A stretch of DNA of 61,189 nt, counting the filler, from Sphacelaria rigidula (lineage: Eukaryota), in assembly GCA_964200075.2 (NCBI GenBank). It is 7 parts of 7 records of this genome, joined end to end, with 100 filler letters (N's around TTAATTAATTAA, not from the genome) between each part and the next. Parts side by side here need not be neighbours in the genome. Positions count along the whole stretch, not along the records: positions 1 to 8,658 come from CAXNAA020010469.1; positions 8,759 to 17,415 come from CAXNAA020010470.1; 5 more parts are not named here. The stretch is one strand, 5' to 3'. The position numbers and the translations under genes were made by a program. Positions 1 through 13,300 of the stretch are shown piece after piece (the stretch's first letter is position 1; the number at the start of each line of letters is the position of its first letter). The notes beneath the pieces were generated by a model, which did no database searches, was not told where the DNA came from, and saw nothing but the letters and a program-made list of their open reading frames with translations.

Positions 1-31
1 AGAAAAATAGATAGAGGGGGTTGGGGTGGGG

Positions 32-62
<31 letters not shown>

Positions 63-2432
63 AGCTGACAGTTTGGTGTTACTTCTGGTCAACACAAACA
101 CGGAAGTATTGCTTCTCCACCATTTTGGCACCAGGAAGACCCAGGCAAGGTGCGGCGCACTGGTGTGCTCACGGCCTGCGCCATGGGCTATCGCATGTCT
201 CAATGGTGGCCCTGTAGCTGTCAAAGTCACCAGAGCAAAGGCATTGCAGTGCTACAATACGCAGCGCAGAGAATGGCTTGTTCCGATTTGTCGCAATTTT
301 GCAGTCTTTTGTCGGCAGGTCGTGGCGACGCGCTACATAGCCTAGAAGAAGCATTGGCTGACCGAAGATCGGTATCTTACGATCCTTCTTTCCGCAAAGA
401 TCCAAATAAAAACCGATGAAGATACGATTTCGTTACCGTCCAAAACATCGTACGACTTTCTGGAGTGCTTCAATTCTCGAATACCCACTCTTCGCGATGA
501 AAACATGCCATTTATATCCATCTTGACGGAAACGAAACACAGGGTCGTATAAGCGTGGGTGCGTCATAACATATTAACACGTGCGTCGTAGCGATAGTCC
601 CCACGAGGCCCGTTTTAGGCTCAAAAACGGCCATTTGCACACACCCTATTACCTCACATGCATATGGGAATGACATACGTGTCACTAGCAAATGTACTCC
701 TGGACGAAAACGTAGCACGGAGCTTTGCATGATTAAAAAAAAAACGTGTGTAGGTAGCGGCACGAGTAACGATGGGGCTTGTTTTTGACCCTCAAATGGG
801 CCTCCGCACACATCCTGGTGATTCTGGTCCATGCCTTGGCCATGGATAACTGCGGCTGAACAACCATGGATAGCACACGCAGTGGCCATGCACGGCACGT
901 TCACACAGCCACTCTCAGCCGTGGACAAATGCGAAACCGTGTCCTTTCGGAGCCACTACACGAACTTACATGAATCAAGTCAGTGTTTATTCTCACTCAC
1001 TACCCCATGATGTCAAGCTAGACATTGGGGATGATCTTCCAGTTTACAAACAGCAATAAAAGTAGAGTGATCGTCTCCAAGCGATTATTCCGATTCACCT
1101 TCCACTTTCAACGCAAGCATACAATCTGCTGTGGAGTTGATAAAATACATGATACACGACTGGTAGGGGGTGGAATTGCGGCCCGATATATTTGCTGCGT
1201 TTTACGAAATCAAACGCCACACCAGCGCCGCATGGGCACGCCTCCGGAAGCATAGTTTCATTCTGCGCTCGGCACAACGTCCAGCTACCTCTGACAATCC
1301 GGCTGCGTGAACCGGAGGAGATGAGAGCTATCCTGTACAGATGTGCTACATGGATGCTGCACCTCGAGGACTTCGAAAGTCTCGCGCGGACCACCACGAG
1401 CTTTTGCTGCTAGCGGTTGGACTCCGCAGGAAGGATCGAACTGGCCACAAGACTCTTTCGTGCAGAGATGTGCTCAAGATGACCGACTGCGAACGTATCG
1501 AGACGACCATCTGCAAGCGTCTACTCTGGTTAGTGCCGGCCCTTATGCTGCAGGACGAAACACATCTCCCAAAGCGCATCATGTTGGGACGGTGAGCCGC
1601 GCAAGGACCCAAGGAGGCTGGCCGGCCCTCCAAACAATGGGGGGGGAACACCTCCAGCAGACTGCGTGAACTAGGGGCTCTTCCACGCAAATAGGCACAG
1701 TGGAAATCGTTCGCCTACGATGTGGAGGTCAGAGACGCACACGATTGGGTCACTGCGGCGAAGAACATGGGCAAATGGTACCTTGAACTCGAGAAACAGG
1801 AGGAAGAGTTGGAGGAGACGTGGCGACGGGAAGATAAACGCCGATCGGACCTTCGCCACAAACGAGGCTGCTGCTGCATTGCATAGAGAGCCACCAACCG
1901 CAGGGTCACCATCGCTGACACAACAGGAGCAGCTCGCGAGAAATCCACTATTGAATTAGTCATGGGATTGTCCTGCTCGGTACCAGACTATGGATGATCA
2001 AGGGAAGCTCGGTTAACACGGAAACTGATGTACCCCTCTTTTCTCTTGCCGGCTGTTGCCTTTTTCCTTGGCCTGTGGTCTTGCGGTGTTCCCTGCTGTA
2101 ATCTGTCCTTAGGTTCCATCGCTTCCGTAGTTTCCTTGTTTCCGCTTTTCCCTTCCTATATATATCTTCCTACATTTAAATCCCTCTCGTTGTTCCTTTT
2201 CCTCTCGGTACTATTGCATACAAGTAGCAGTTTAATTTCTTGCTTCCGTAGGCTCAGAGGTAAGGCTTCATGCGAGTACCCAAATACTACGGCCGAAATA
2301 CCTGTGACGTAATCTGCTCCCACGACATTTTTCTCTCGTGTATGAGCGCATATACTATTTTGCTCAGGGCTCTCTTCACCTAAAAACATGCTGCAGAGGC
2401 CGGCCATTTTTAGTTTCCTTTCGTCTTATATC

Positions 2433-4071
2433 TAGGCTTTTACTTATTATGCTAGCATAATTTCTGGCAAAATTCCACCTTGATAGCATAAATAGCATAG
2501 TGTTTCAGTAAGTAGCATAAATAGTAAAGCGTTTCAGCAAATAGCATAATCGAGCATAATTTTTCACCGTTTGGGTGGGAAAAGGGTCTAAATGCTGGCC
2601 TGCTCTGGTATTTTGGGCGAAAAACTCTCCTATCATCGACCGCGGGTCTGGAATATGTGTATGCTCTGGAACCAGTCATTCAAACGGCCAGTCTGATCAA
2701 TCGCAGGTCTGAAAAACGTCAACACGCGGCCATTTGGCTACCCCCCAAAATGCCCCCGGAGGGATGCGCGGCCCCCCAGAGGCACAACAAGCCTCCGGAG
2801 GCCTTCAATCTCTCTGGAGGAAGCCAAACTCTACCGATCTGGAGGGCCGCGCACCCCTCCTGAGGAATTCGGGGGTAGCAAAATGTCTTCGGAGAGATGC
2901 GCGGCCCTCCAGAGGCAAAACAAGCCTCCGGAGGCGTTTTAATTCCTTTAGAGGTAACCAAAAAAAATCCTCTGGAGGGCCGCGCACCACTCCGGAGGCG
3001 TTTAATTCCTCTGGAGGCTCGGAAAGTTGACCGACCTGGAGGAATTTTGGGGTAGCCAAACGGCCGCGTGTCTTTTCATGAAAGCACACGATACAAAACA
3101 TAAACACGTACAACGTACTCTACAGTCTGTAGTCGGTAGTACACAACGCACGGCGTACAGCGCACAGCGCACAGCACGCAGCACAGCAGTATATCTTGGC
3201 TTCCCATTTTATTTTCTCATGTGTTTTGGTTTTGTACCTTCTCTGGCTACTTGACTCTTCTTGTCTACTCCAGTATTTTCCTCAATTTCTACCCCTTTAT
3301 GTGTTTCCTTTTTTGCCCCTTGTTTCCTGGGTTGTACCCATCTTGCGACCTCGGCTGGATTAGAAGCGGCATCGGCCCATGCGAGACAATCAATGTAATA
3401 ATCGTTCATCAATCGAATGTCAGCTTTTCGTTTGTCGTTGTCCTTGGACACGAGTTCCTCGACATGGGACAGGCGACGAGTGAAGACATCATGTAATTTC
3501 GTGACTTGTCATTTTGAGTGTGGTGACGAACGGCGTACAACGTACACTCGTTGTGCCAAATTGTTATGGATATCCGAATCAGCAAGTTGCCTGTCATATG
3601 TCTTGTCTATAAGGCAGTTAGGCGGCGGCGGCATATAGCGCAAGATGCAGGACAGTGCGCGATGATATTCAATGATGCACCGTGTACGACAACCGGAAAA
3701 TACGGCAGTCAATCGTACTAATGCAGGTAAAGGTAGTACTTCGTATATATAAAACATGCATGCACAGTAGTATGCCCTTTTTCATGTAGATGTTTTGTTT
3801 GCCTTCCTCTACGGGCTGCTTAATTTATGGGTATGGGTGGTATGTTCCTTCCACTCTGTGACCACGGGTTCGAGAGATCGAGCTAAAAGTGTGACGAACA
3901 TAATAATAGTAACAACTACTAGTGATCGGTGGGTCTGTATCCGGTCGAAAATGGCATCCTTAGTGGATATTACGAGCATAATGGAGCATAAATTCCACTT
4001 CACGAGCATAATTTTTGGTGAGATTACAAGCATAAAAAAATGACTTTACTAGCATAATACCTAAAAGCCTA
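2433..4071. mobile_element. Non-autonomous hAT-like DNA transposon (1.64 kb)
   Basis: TIR TAGGCTTTTACTTATTATGCTAG at 2433 versus reverse complement TAGGCTTTTAGGTATTATGCTAG ending at 4071. 8-bp flanks CTTATATC / CTTATATA (7 of 8 match). AGCATA subterminal repeats at both ends. Confidence 0.85.
2722..3071. mobile_element. MITE nested inside the hAT element
   Basis: 23-bp TIR ACACGCGGCCATTTGGCTACCCC / GGGGTAGCCAAACGGCCGCGTGT (one mismatch). Interior built from repeated CCTCCGGAGG/CTCTGGAGG-type units. No clear TSD. Confidence 0.7.
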
Positions 4072-4532
4072 CTTATATACATATCCTAGCTCTTCTCCCT
4101 TCCTTGTCTTGTTCTGCTTGTTTTCGTTCTTTGTCTCTAGGTTTTCAGCTCTACTTTGTTTGTTTCATATTCTTGTTTGTCCACTTTTCTTCTTCAGCGA
4201 TTGTTCCTGTTTTATTCGCGTTGAGTGCGGTACGCCTACCTTGTGGATAACGACCACGGCAAGGCTGGACAATGACCCTCGGGGATCAGTTAATGTGCGA
4301 CAACCAATCAACTACAATAACCAATCACACACCTACGTACGCGCTTGATGAACTGTAAGCCGAACTGCTGTTCAACACATCGCATGTCGCCTACGGCAGT
4401 TCAGTAAAAACAAATCCTTGATGACTGTTGATGACCCATACTCATAACACTCCTTCGGTGCCGCAGATTCTGCCACTGCACATGGAGACCAATACATCTA
4501 TTTTTTGTCTCTGCCGTACGCGCGATCCGCAC

Positions 4533-7500
4533 CTTTGGAGGGATGTTGACCGTACCAAGCCCGCTCGTGATCGTGAGAGAGGTCAGGCGCGCAGCTATCC
4601 TAGCCCTGCTCCCTTCAAGCCCGAGCGAAGTCGCCGAGGTGCTCCCTGATACCGTAAGACACCAAAACGATGGGCGAGAGAAATACAGGGTGATCCACGC
4701 TCATCACCCGAGAGATTTTCATCGGTAAAACTTCACGCCGTTTTTCTGAGTTGTACTAAACCAAACACATGTACTATGGTCGAAGCAAAAACTTTCGATG
4801 GGAGAATTTCATTTTCACTATGATTTTTCACCGATTTCTAGGGGTCCCAGTCTTGGGGGTGGTTCCTGTGGCCCCCAGGGATGCCGAGGACCCGTGGAAA
4901 AACTTGAAAAGAAAAAAAACTCGTTCATCGAAAGTTTTTCAATGACCCCTAGTACATTTGTAATTTTTTTCAGGGTCTAACTCCAAAGAACGGCGTGACG
5001 TTTTGCGCCTTTGTGCGATGAAGTTTTCCGTGCCCGGTGCAAACTCCCAACTACTTGATTTTAGTCTGGAAACGCCGCTTTCGGGTACACGTTACACGTC
5101 AAAACGCGAAGAAGCTTCATCGGATTTTCAAGTTACGCAACGAAACTTTGTACACGTGTTCCTTGGACTAACCCGGGACGCAAAATTGAATTTTGTTCAC
5201 TTGAAGGCGTTCTGTCCCGGCTTCCCGGGGTCGTCATGCTGGGACCCCACGTCAGCCGGTCAAGAGCGATTTTTAAAAAAATATGTTTTCAGTAAAACAT
5301 TCCACGGTTAGGACAAATCATCACGACTCAAAATCACCAAATTCACGATTTCTTCGGCCCGATTGCCCAAAAGNNNNNNNNNNCGAGTCGACTCATGATA
5401 CTAAAACCAAGTAATTTTCAGACGAATCATTATTTGTCCGACCCTTGATACATTTCCTTCATTGGGAGCACCAATGCCTAGCGAACTGCCAAGTTTGAGG
5501 GTGTTCGGAGCTCTTCTACGACAGATGGAAGGGAAACCGTCACGAGGCTTCCTGGGTTTTTGGTGCCCATCATCCGTAGAAATCCGACGAGACCAAAACG
5601 CCGTATCACCAAAATACGACAGCTTTGGGGTATAACTCGACCCCATCGTGAACGTTTTGGATAATGTTTTCCCGCTATTCCCGAGCTCATGGCGGTGATG
5701 ATACTATGAAGCATGTGGAGATTGGGTCGGACTTGTATATTTTTAATTTCAGAACAATTTGAAGGTCGTTGATTGGTCATGGTATCCATTCGCCCTTAGC
5801 GCCATCGGCTTTGTCGCCCTCTTCAGTTGTCCATGGCGGTCATTATGATACCATGTATGATGCGACTATTGGGGAGATATTGCGGAAGGCATTCGCTGAG
5901 GACACAATTTTGGGTGATTTGACAAGCCTGTTAAACACACTACCGAGAAACACCACTGACGGAGGAAAATACTACACTTGTTGGAGTTACGCACAACGCA
6001 CACTGTATATCAGGGAGGAAAGAAAGCTTGCGTTTCATATACTGCCGCGCCCAGGTGGTCTACATTAAATGGTACAACTGACACCGGTAAGTGCAGATAA
6101 TTGCGGGTTCGAATCCAGGTACAGTAGACGAATCTCGGCAGATGTGGGTCCAGGATTGTTATCTGATAAGCATCTGATTTCTATCATTGTAAACGTGAGG
6201 ACGAGAGTAGAGAAGAAAACATATTGGGCGAGAATCAACGCTGTGCAGGAGTGCCGAAGCAATCCGCTGAAATGTAATGCGTGCACTTGAGGAGAGATAA
6301 GCTGATCCCTATACGCTCCGGACTCGCCCCAAAGACGGGTAGAGGTGGAAAAATGTTGACGAGAACTCAAGCCCGATACAGTGTATACCAAACCTGCGCA
6401 CTGTAGGACAAGTTCAATGACTCTCACTAGACGAGACTAATTTCGACAACATTTTTTTGCACGCGATTTAGGAGCTTGCATGGCTGCTGCGTTGAACAAC
6501 TCGAATTGTGACGCGTAGCGAGCGGGTACGCGTACAGCACACCACGGTCGCCCGTACCGTGTACATATCCGAATTTCGCGGGAGGTACACCCAATGACGG
6601 CACGATCGTCTGTGCAAACTGGTGCCTGGAGATACTGACGCATGATAGGACGCTCCCTTGTTTCTACATCAGTTCATCGTTAAAGCGTCTGGGGAAGCAC
6701 CGGAGGTGTCTTCAATCGGGATCACTATCCCGACGACGACGTTGATACTGGCAACAAAAGACCAACTATCGGAAACTTGCTACTCATGTTTGACGCTCAG
6801 TACAGTAGCACAGCACTTGTTGGAATATACTTTCTCTGTCCCACAATATAAGCCCGTTCGGAGGTTTTGCCGCATTTCTCGTGCGTATTTTCGGCTTTTC
6901 CCGAGCGTTTTTTTGTTGTTCTCGTGAAGTTTTGGAGCACAACTCGAAACCGAGGCTTTTGCCGAGCCCCCAATAGACAAGCAGCTACACTCACGGCGAT
7001 CAGAGTGTGTCGGTCGTGCACAACCGGAATCTACCGGTTGACAGCCTTCCCATCGATTTTTGAAGAAACTTTTTTTTCATGGTTCCCCAGGCGTTTCGGA
7101 GAACCGCCCGAAACCATCATTTTTCAGTCTGCCGCCATCACGGCACTAATCTTGTATTTGAGCACGCAGCCGTCCTATATACCGGATTCGGGGGTATACG
7201 CGCCCATCCCGGGGAGAATATCATGTTATCCCCGGGTCTGGAGGGTCTTCTTGTCCTCACACATGTCCCCAACACCTCGAAACACACTACCGTGGGCCTG
7301 AGCATCGAAAAAAAAGGTTTTGTGTACCTCCCGTATCGCATCTTGAGCCAAAGTTCTGCCAAAACTCTGGCTCTACTTCGGAAAATCTCACTACATAGGC
7401 CCACTTTGTGATTTTTTCACGCCGGGGATGATAACATGTGATCCCCTGGGGCTGTTTTCTTTTTTTGTTACATGATGGCAACCATATGTGGAAGACTGTT

Positions 7501-8460
7501 GGAGGTCCGTATGTCGAAAACACCTGTATTAGGTACATTATCGCGACATTTCACCACGGGCTCATCTGATGAGATTTCCAAACGGGCTTATCTTGTGGGA
7601 CAGAGGAAGCATTTTCTCAAACGCGTTTTGCGGTAGTCGTTTACTTTTTCATGATGCAAGCAACGCCAGCATCGACTAGTGCACTCGTCGCCCACAGAGC
7701 AGGCGTCTAGACGCGGTTGTAGCTTCGTAAATCACAAAGCGTCAGAACCTCGAACGTACCTGTCTTTGCTACAGTCATTCTTCGGTGAAAACTCGAAGCG
7801 TTGAAATCACACTTGCCTGCACTACAGCATTTCTTTACGGAGCACAAAAGCACTATGATCTTTGACGTGTGTGGTTACCGCGGGACTACGTTGAGGCTAG
7901 TTCACCCGGAGCAGAAACTCAGGCCGTGTCTAATCAAATTGTTTTTGACTCGAAAACGTACGGTGGAATCAAATTTGCTCGCACCTGATACGTGCACGGC
8001 ATTCATGTTCTCAACCATTGAGAAAATTAGTAACGTGGACGAATCAGAAACGAGCAAATTCGATTCGACCGCACGTTTTCGACACCAAAACAATTTGATA
8101 AGACACGGCCTCACACCGTCAAGTGTGCAAACGTAACAAAAAGCTTCAAGAATCGGGCGGCAGCGTGCACCTACTGATAGGACTCAACCATTTTTTCGAT
8201 TGTACAGGCCGAAAAGTCATGTACACCTCAAACTCACCCTTCCCCACACCGTCTCCGTCCCCTGCCGCCTTAATTTCCGCCTGACCCGGTGCGGGCGACG
8301 TGTACAGCTTCTGAATGTACGCATCCAAGTCCGCTCCTCCGCCAATGCTAGAACCAACTGCATCCCATGAGCCGGGTGAGGAAGGCGTTTCTGTGTTGCC
8401 TGCGGCCGGTCGTGCAGCTGCATCGTCAGCTGCCTTGGTGATTGTCGCTGTTTCCTTGTC
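4533..8460 (-). CDS. Partial gene of unknown function, two internal exons
   Basis: Exon 8460-8238 (cag|GAC...AAG G|gtgagt; DKETATITKAADDAAARP...GDGVGK) and exon 4645-4533 (cag|GG AGC...AAG|gtgcgg; STSATSLGLEGSRARIAARLTSLTITSGLGTVNIPPK) join in matching phase 1 without stops. No recognisable domain. Confidence 0.55.
5385..5450 (+). repeat. Dispersed repeat, second copy at ~43878-43940
   Basis: GAGTCGACTCAT.ATACT.AAACCAA.TAATTT.CAGACGAATCATTATTTGTCCGACCCTTG is present in contigs 1 and 6. Confidence 0.7.
7922..8110. mobile_element. PIF/Harbinger (Tourist-like) MITE, 189 bp
   Basis: About 60-bp imperfect TIRs starting GGCCGTGTCT and ending AGACACGGCC, flanked by a 3-bp TCA direct repeat (7919-7921 and 8111-8113). 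Confidence 0.85.
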
Positions 8461-8658
8461 CTGATGGTGCAAGTCGCGGCAAGTTCGGCGGGGTTTCTTG
8501 GTGCGTGTGTCGCCTGAGGCCAGTCGAGCGATTCAATCGTAAAAACTGTGGGGAACTGAAAAGCTTTCGATTTTTTCTTCTGCCATGTAGCGTAACTCGT
8601 ATACCTGTATGGGATGACAACGATACGAAATGAACACTTTCTACGATAGCACCCCCCC

Positions 8659-8758
8659 NNNNNNNNNNNNNNNNNNNNNNNNNNNNNNNNNNNNNNNNNN
8701 NNTTAATTAATTAANNNNNNNNNNNNNNNNNNNNNNNNNNNNNNNNNNNNNNNNNNNN
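8659..8758. other. Artificial contig spacer (N44-TTAATTAATTAA-N44)
   Basis: Six-frame stop linker at 8703-8714 inside Ns. Identical spacers at 17416-17515, 26172-26271, 34928-35027, 43682-43781 and 52436-52535. Confidence 0.97.
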
Positions 8759-10337
8759 GGGGGGGGGGGGGGGGGGGGGGGGGTGGGTGGGGGGGGGGGG
8801 GGGGTGTCCGTTCGCAGACCACCGGAGAAGCTCACGGAGTCAACCATGTGTGTTCGGAAGTTTCACGGGGAAAATTTTGAGCCGTGCACAAGGCTCAAGA
8901 GATGCGGGATGACCATTCTGACCAATCACGGTCGTCAACATGACCACTCTTGTTACGGTAAAGGTAGACACCTGGTAGACACATTCGCTGTCTAGCCTCA
9001 TAACCCATTTTGATCATTCTTATCACCATAGATTATATAATCAAAAAGTAGGTGTTTGAGCTTCTTCGGTACACTGTGTCTGTCCGTTCAGTACTGCGCC
9101 TGAGCGTCGTAGCAGCTCCACGCCTCCGTCTAACGACGCACGGAGATGTAGACAGGTACTTCGACGATGAGGCGACCGTCATCGCCGAGCAATTGCTCTA
9201 AGTTAGTCAGGGGCGTTCGCGGCGGTAGTCATGGTGCGATATCCAAACGCATGCTGAGTACACTCGGCACGTTCAACAATGTAAGATCCAGTACGCTGCA
9301 GACCGCACGTGCAGCCACGACACGATACACTACAGACTGCACAGCAAAAATATGACGCGTAATAATCAGGTTGTCGACAACCACACCACCGTCTGTGTGA
9401 TAAGGCAACTATGTACCTCTTATGCACTCCCGGTCCCTTCCGCCGTGGAGTAGGCGTTTTGTGTTGTGACAAAGGAATGATTCTGAACCCAAAAAGTGTA
9501 GTGTCTACCTCAGTCTACCAGCTGGGGGGTCGCTGTCTAAGGGTTGAATGAAAATTTTGGATAATGGTTTCAAACCATTATTTACCGTTACCGGCTTTAT
9601 AAGTCGTTACCAGCTACGGATGCTACAGTCCTTGCAAATGGCCCAAATTTGACTTACTTTTGGCTCTAGTGAAGCCAACTCGCGTAAAAACGTGCCTCCG
9701 GCACGGCGCCTCCGGCGGGGCTCCCTCTGCTGGGGGTCTTTCTGGCTCGCGGCTGCGCCGCGCGATGACCGAAACCATGATGTACCATTTTACTGGTTAA
9801 TGAGTGCGTTACGCGTAACCATTCAACTGGTTGATGGTTAGACAAACCATTCCCGAGCTCTACTGTTACCTGTACAGTATGAAGCCGGTTTGGGGACCCA
9901 CAGTCTATAGAGCGCGGACCACGAAATCTTTCTTCGAACCCAAAGCTTTCAGTGGCTCCACACGTTCATGATTCCGCGGCAAAAAAAACGCGATGGACAA
10001 CCGCGATCACTCGGGGTTCGCCTGATTTCCTAGGTGTCCGCTTTCATTGAACAAGAATAATACTGCTTGTGCTAAAATCGTTCCCGACAAAGAACACACA
10101 CATAATTTCCAATCGGTATCTCATGTCTTGACTGTATCTGATCCCGTGATCCCACTTGTTCTTGTGATGGACGAAGGGTACAGTACTGCAAGATATCAGG
10201 TCCTTTGGGAGAATTCTTCTATGCGTTCTCTTGACCGCGTTTCTTCCTCTCTGTCGGCCTATCTTGAATGTTTCCCCCCAACCTACCCTCGAAAGGCGCA
10301 ACAACAGCTGCAGTCACATCTCGCTGCGGCTGCGGCC

Positions 10338-13300
10338 ATGAACCAGTACGCAGCATCGGGATACGGGCGCGGATTGCCGGAACAGATGGACCCCTACCAC
10401 GCTCAGCACATTCAGCAACCGTACCACCCACAAATGGAAATCCCAAGGGCCTACATGCTCTCGACGGCGCCGGCCTCGGGACCGTATCTGGCTGCGGGTC
10501 CCCAACTGGGCTACTATGGCCACCAGTACCCCGGAATGATGCAGCATATTGCGTCTATGGGCGGGAGCGAATCCAGCCAGCACCTCAGCAACGCTGCCAA
10601 AGCGCCGGAACCCGCTCCTCCTCCCGCACTCACAAGCTCCACCTCCCCCCTCAACCAGCCTCAAAAGAAACAGCAAAAGCGAGGAGAGCAACAGCAGCCG
10701 AAGGAGTCCATTCTGTCATCCTTGCTTGCCGCGCGCTCGGAGAGGTTAGCTGCGGCAGTCGAGGATGGGGAGTCGTCCCAGGGGGCAGCGGACGCGGCAG
10801 CGGCGGCGGCGGTGGTGGCGTCCCTCGCCGGGGGATCGTCATCACCCTCCGCCGGCGCCGTCGGAACCGCCTCTGAAGCCACCGAAAATAAGGGTAGCCA
10901 AACTGGCAGTGGCATGTTAAGGCGCTTAGGGGACGCCGCGGCGGACACGTCGGAAACGAAGGGTCCTGTTGCTTCCCCCGTCCCGCCAACGACCTTGGGA
11001 AAGGCCCACCTTCAAGAGCCCACGATGGCCTCATCGCCGCACGCAGGACCGGAACCCACCCCCGGTAGCGCGGGCGCTAGCGGAACTGGCACAGGCGGAC
11101 TTGGAGCGACGGCAGCAGCGGCTTTTTCCGCTGCCACGGCGATGCACCTCACCGGAATGCGCGGACAATTCGCCCCTGCCCCAGCGTTTCACCAACACCC
11201 GATGGGGGGCATGTCGGGAGCCTCACCTCCGCTGCCGACGGCTATGGCAATGCAGGGCGGGCCGCATGGCGGCCCAGCGTCGCAGGCGGCGCCGCAAGCT
11301 GCTGCCGCTGCACAAATGTCGATTCACGCGCACCAACCTTTGCCGCCAGACGCAACGGCCATGAGCGCTATGCACTTGATGGGTGCGTCGCCGGGAACAA
11401 TTCCCAGCCAGGCACCGGTGCCCCCTGGGTCGGTGATGGCAACCGCCCCGCCCCCGCAGTCGATGGCCTTCAGCAGTCACGATGCGTTCGAGGAGCACAT
11501 GCGGCAGCAGGAGAAGAAGCTACAGAAGCGAGCGGCTAACAGAAAGTCGGCGCAGCTGAGCCGCAAGCGCAAGAAGGCGCTGATCGAGGACTTGAAGTAC
11601 GAGAACCAGGACCTGCAGCGACACGAGGACATCTTGGAGGTCATACCCGACCCTGTGTTTGCGTTCGACACGGCAAGCGGTGGGGTGTGGTTCGCCAGTA
11701 ACTCGGCATCGGCCCAGGTTGGGCTTTCGGTGGAGGATTTGACCTCTGCATGCTTCTTCGATTTGATGACCGAGGACTGCTCGAAGCGCTTGCGGGTGCT
11801 GATAGAGCATGCCTCGAAGGACATGTCAGAAACTGGCAGCAGTGTGCTACATGAGGTGAGTTGTACCCTCTCAATGCGTTCTGTGGTGTTGAAGCTGCAG
11901 CGGTTTGCTGTTATTCTCTGCTGCCTCTTCTATTGCAGCGTCATAAATGCCAGTCGGTAGGTTGCTGAGTATGCTCACATTTATGTATTTTGTGTGTGAC
12001 ACCTTGCACTCGATGTTGCTTGCTTACCCTCCCCCCTTGAAAATCCCACACAGCGCATGACGGTGCGCTTCAAAAAGCGGAAGGCTGCCATCGTTCTAGG
12101 CGAGCTCAGCGGCCGGTTGTCGCACCAGGGAGACGGCATCATGGCGGTTTGCAGCGTACGACCGCTATCGGTGGCCACCGATGACCTTGTGGGCAAGGTA
12201 CGTGCAAAATCCTCTGTAGTGTTGAAAATAGTCGTGGAACACAGCACCGTTGTTGTTACTTGCGCACTTTTTCGTGTAATGCGACGCTATCGCTGTACTC
12301 ACCGTGCAACTTTTATCCCGTTGATTCTTGGGCTGTGTAGCAGCCAACATCCCACCGCTTCTCTGCCGCGACAACCGAGAAGTTCCCGTCTCACTTTTTC
12401 TTCTTTTTTCCGCTTCCCAATCTCCCGCCGTCCTCTCCCAATATGTACGTTGTCATGTGCTTCCTTCAACAACAGGGTTACTACGGAGATGCAAGCGTGA
12501 GCGAGCTCGCCGAAGAAACAAGCGACAACCAAGGCAGCAGTGGTGAGGACTCTCGGAGTGGCACAACTGGCGTCACCTCTGGCAGCACCGCCGACTCGTC
12601 TTCCGGCGTCGGCACCGGCTGCACGTCCATTGCAGACGAAGGTTCCTCCAGCGTGCCCAGCCTCTCCTCACTCGAGGTCAAAAGCGATCGGGGTGCAAGC
12701 GGCGGTACCTCTGACGATATCAAGGTCCAAGGGCGAAGCGGTGGAGGGGGAGGCGGCGGCGGCAGCAGCTCAAGAAGCAGCTCCAGCGTCACCACGAGCA
12801 GCGGCGGCAGCTCTACGACCAACGGCCCCAACACAACGGGCAGCGGTGGCAGCACCGGCAGCGCGGGAACGTCGAGCAGCACCGGAGACGTGGAGGAAAG
12901 CGGCCCAAGCGGCAGCGGAAGCATAATAGGCAACAGCAGCGCCACTAGCGGCAGCGGCGGGAGTGGCAGCGGCAGCAACAACGGAAGCGAGGAGGGCGAG
13001 GGCGCCTCCGCGGGTAGTGGGTGCGGCAGCCCCAGCCCGGGTGAGGAGTACAACAGCGACTCTCCGCTCTCGTGCGGCTCGGGCGCCGGTCAAGACCAAG
13101 ACCAAGAAGACGAAATCCACACGGACAGCGAGCAAGGGCGGGGTAGCGATGGAGGTGGCCCTGTCGACGACGACGTGCGATCGAAATCGCAGTCGTCGAC
13201 AGTGGCGGCGAACCAATGCGCGGCGTCGAGCGACAATGTCATGGCTAAGGGTAAGAGGGAAAGAAGCAGCGCCGAGCGAAATCCTTCCGCTGCTTCAGCT

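Larger units (their letters stand above)
1240..4330 (+). mobile_element. 5'-truncated, degenerate RTE-clade LINE remnant (ORF2 C-terminus + 3' UTR), interrupted by a hAT element
   Basis: Frameshifted translations at 1240-1870 include ILYRCATW, IETTICKRLLW, ETHLPKRIMLG and HDWVTAAKNMGKW, which resemble the post-RT C-terminal region of RTE ORF2. The pyrimidine-rich 3' UTR resumes after the insertion at 4072 and ends in CAACCAATCAAC...AACCAATCA (~4301-4327). The same 3' end recurs at ~22160-22225 and ~25094-25158. Confidence 0.75.

Noticed and set aside
8703..8714. TTAATTAATTAA recurring every ~8.75 kb as a possible periodic element or array repeat
   Set aside because: It is always embedded in N44 runs, so it is an assembly linker with stops in all six frames.
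11631..11855. Aureochrome (bZIP-LOV) assignment
   Set aside because: The GxNCRFLQ motif is absent and there is a long C-terminal extension, so no gene symbol is given.
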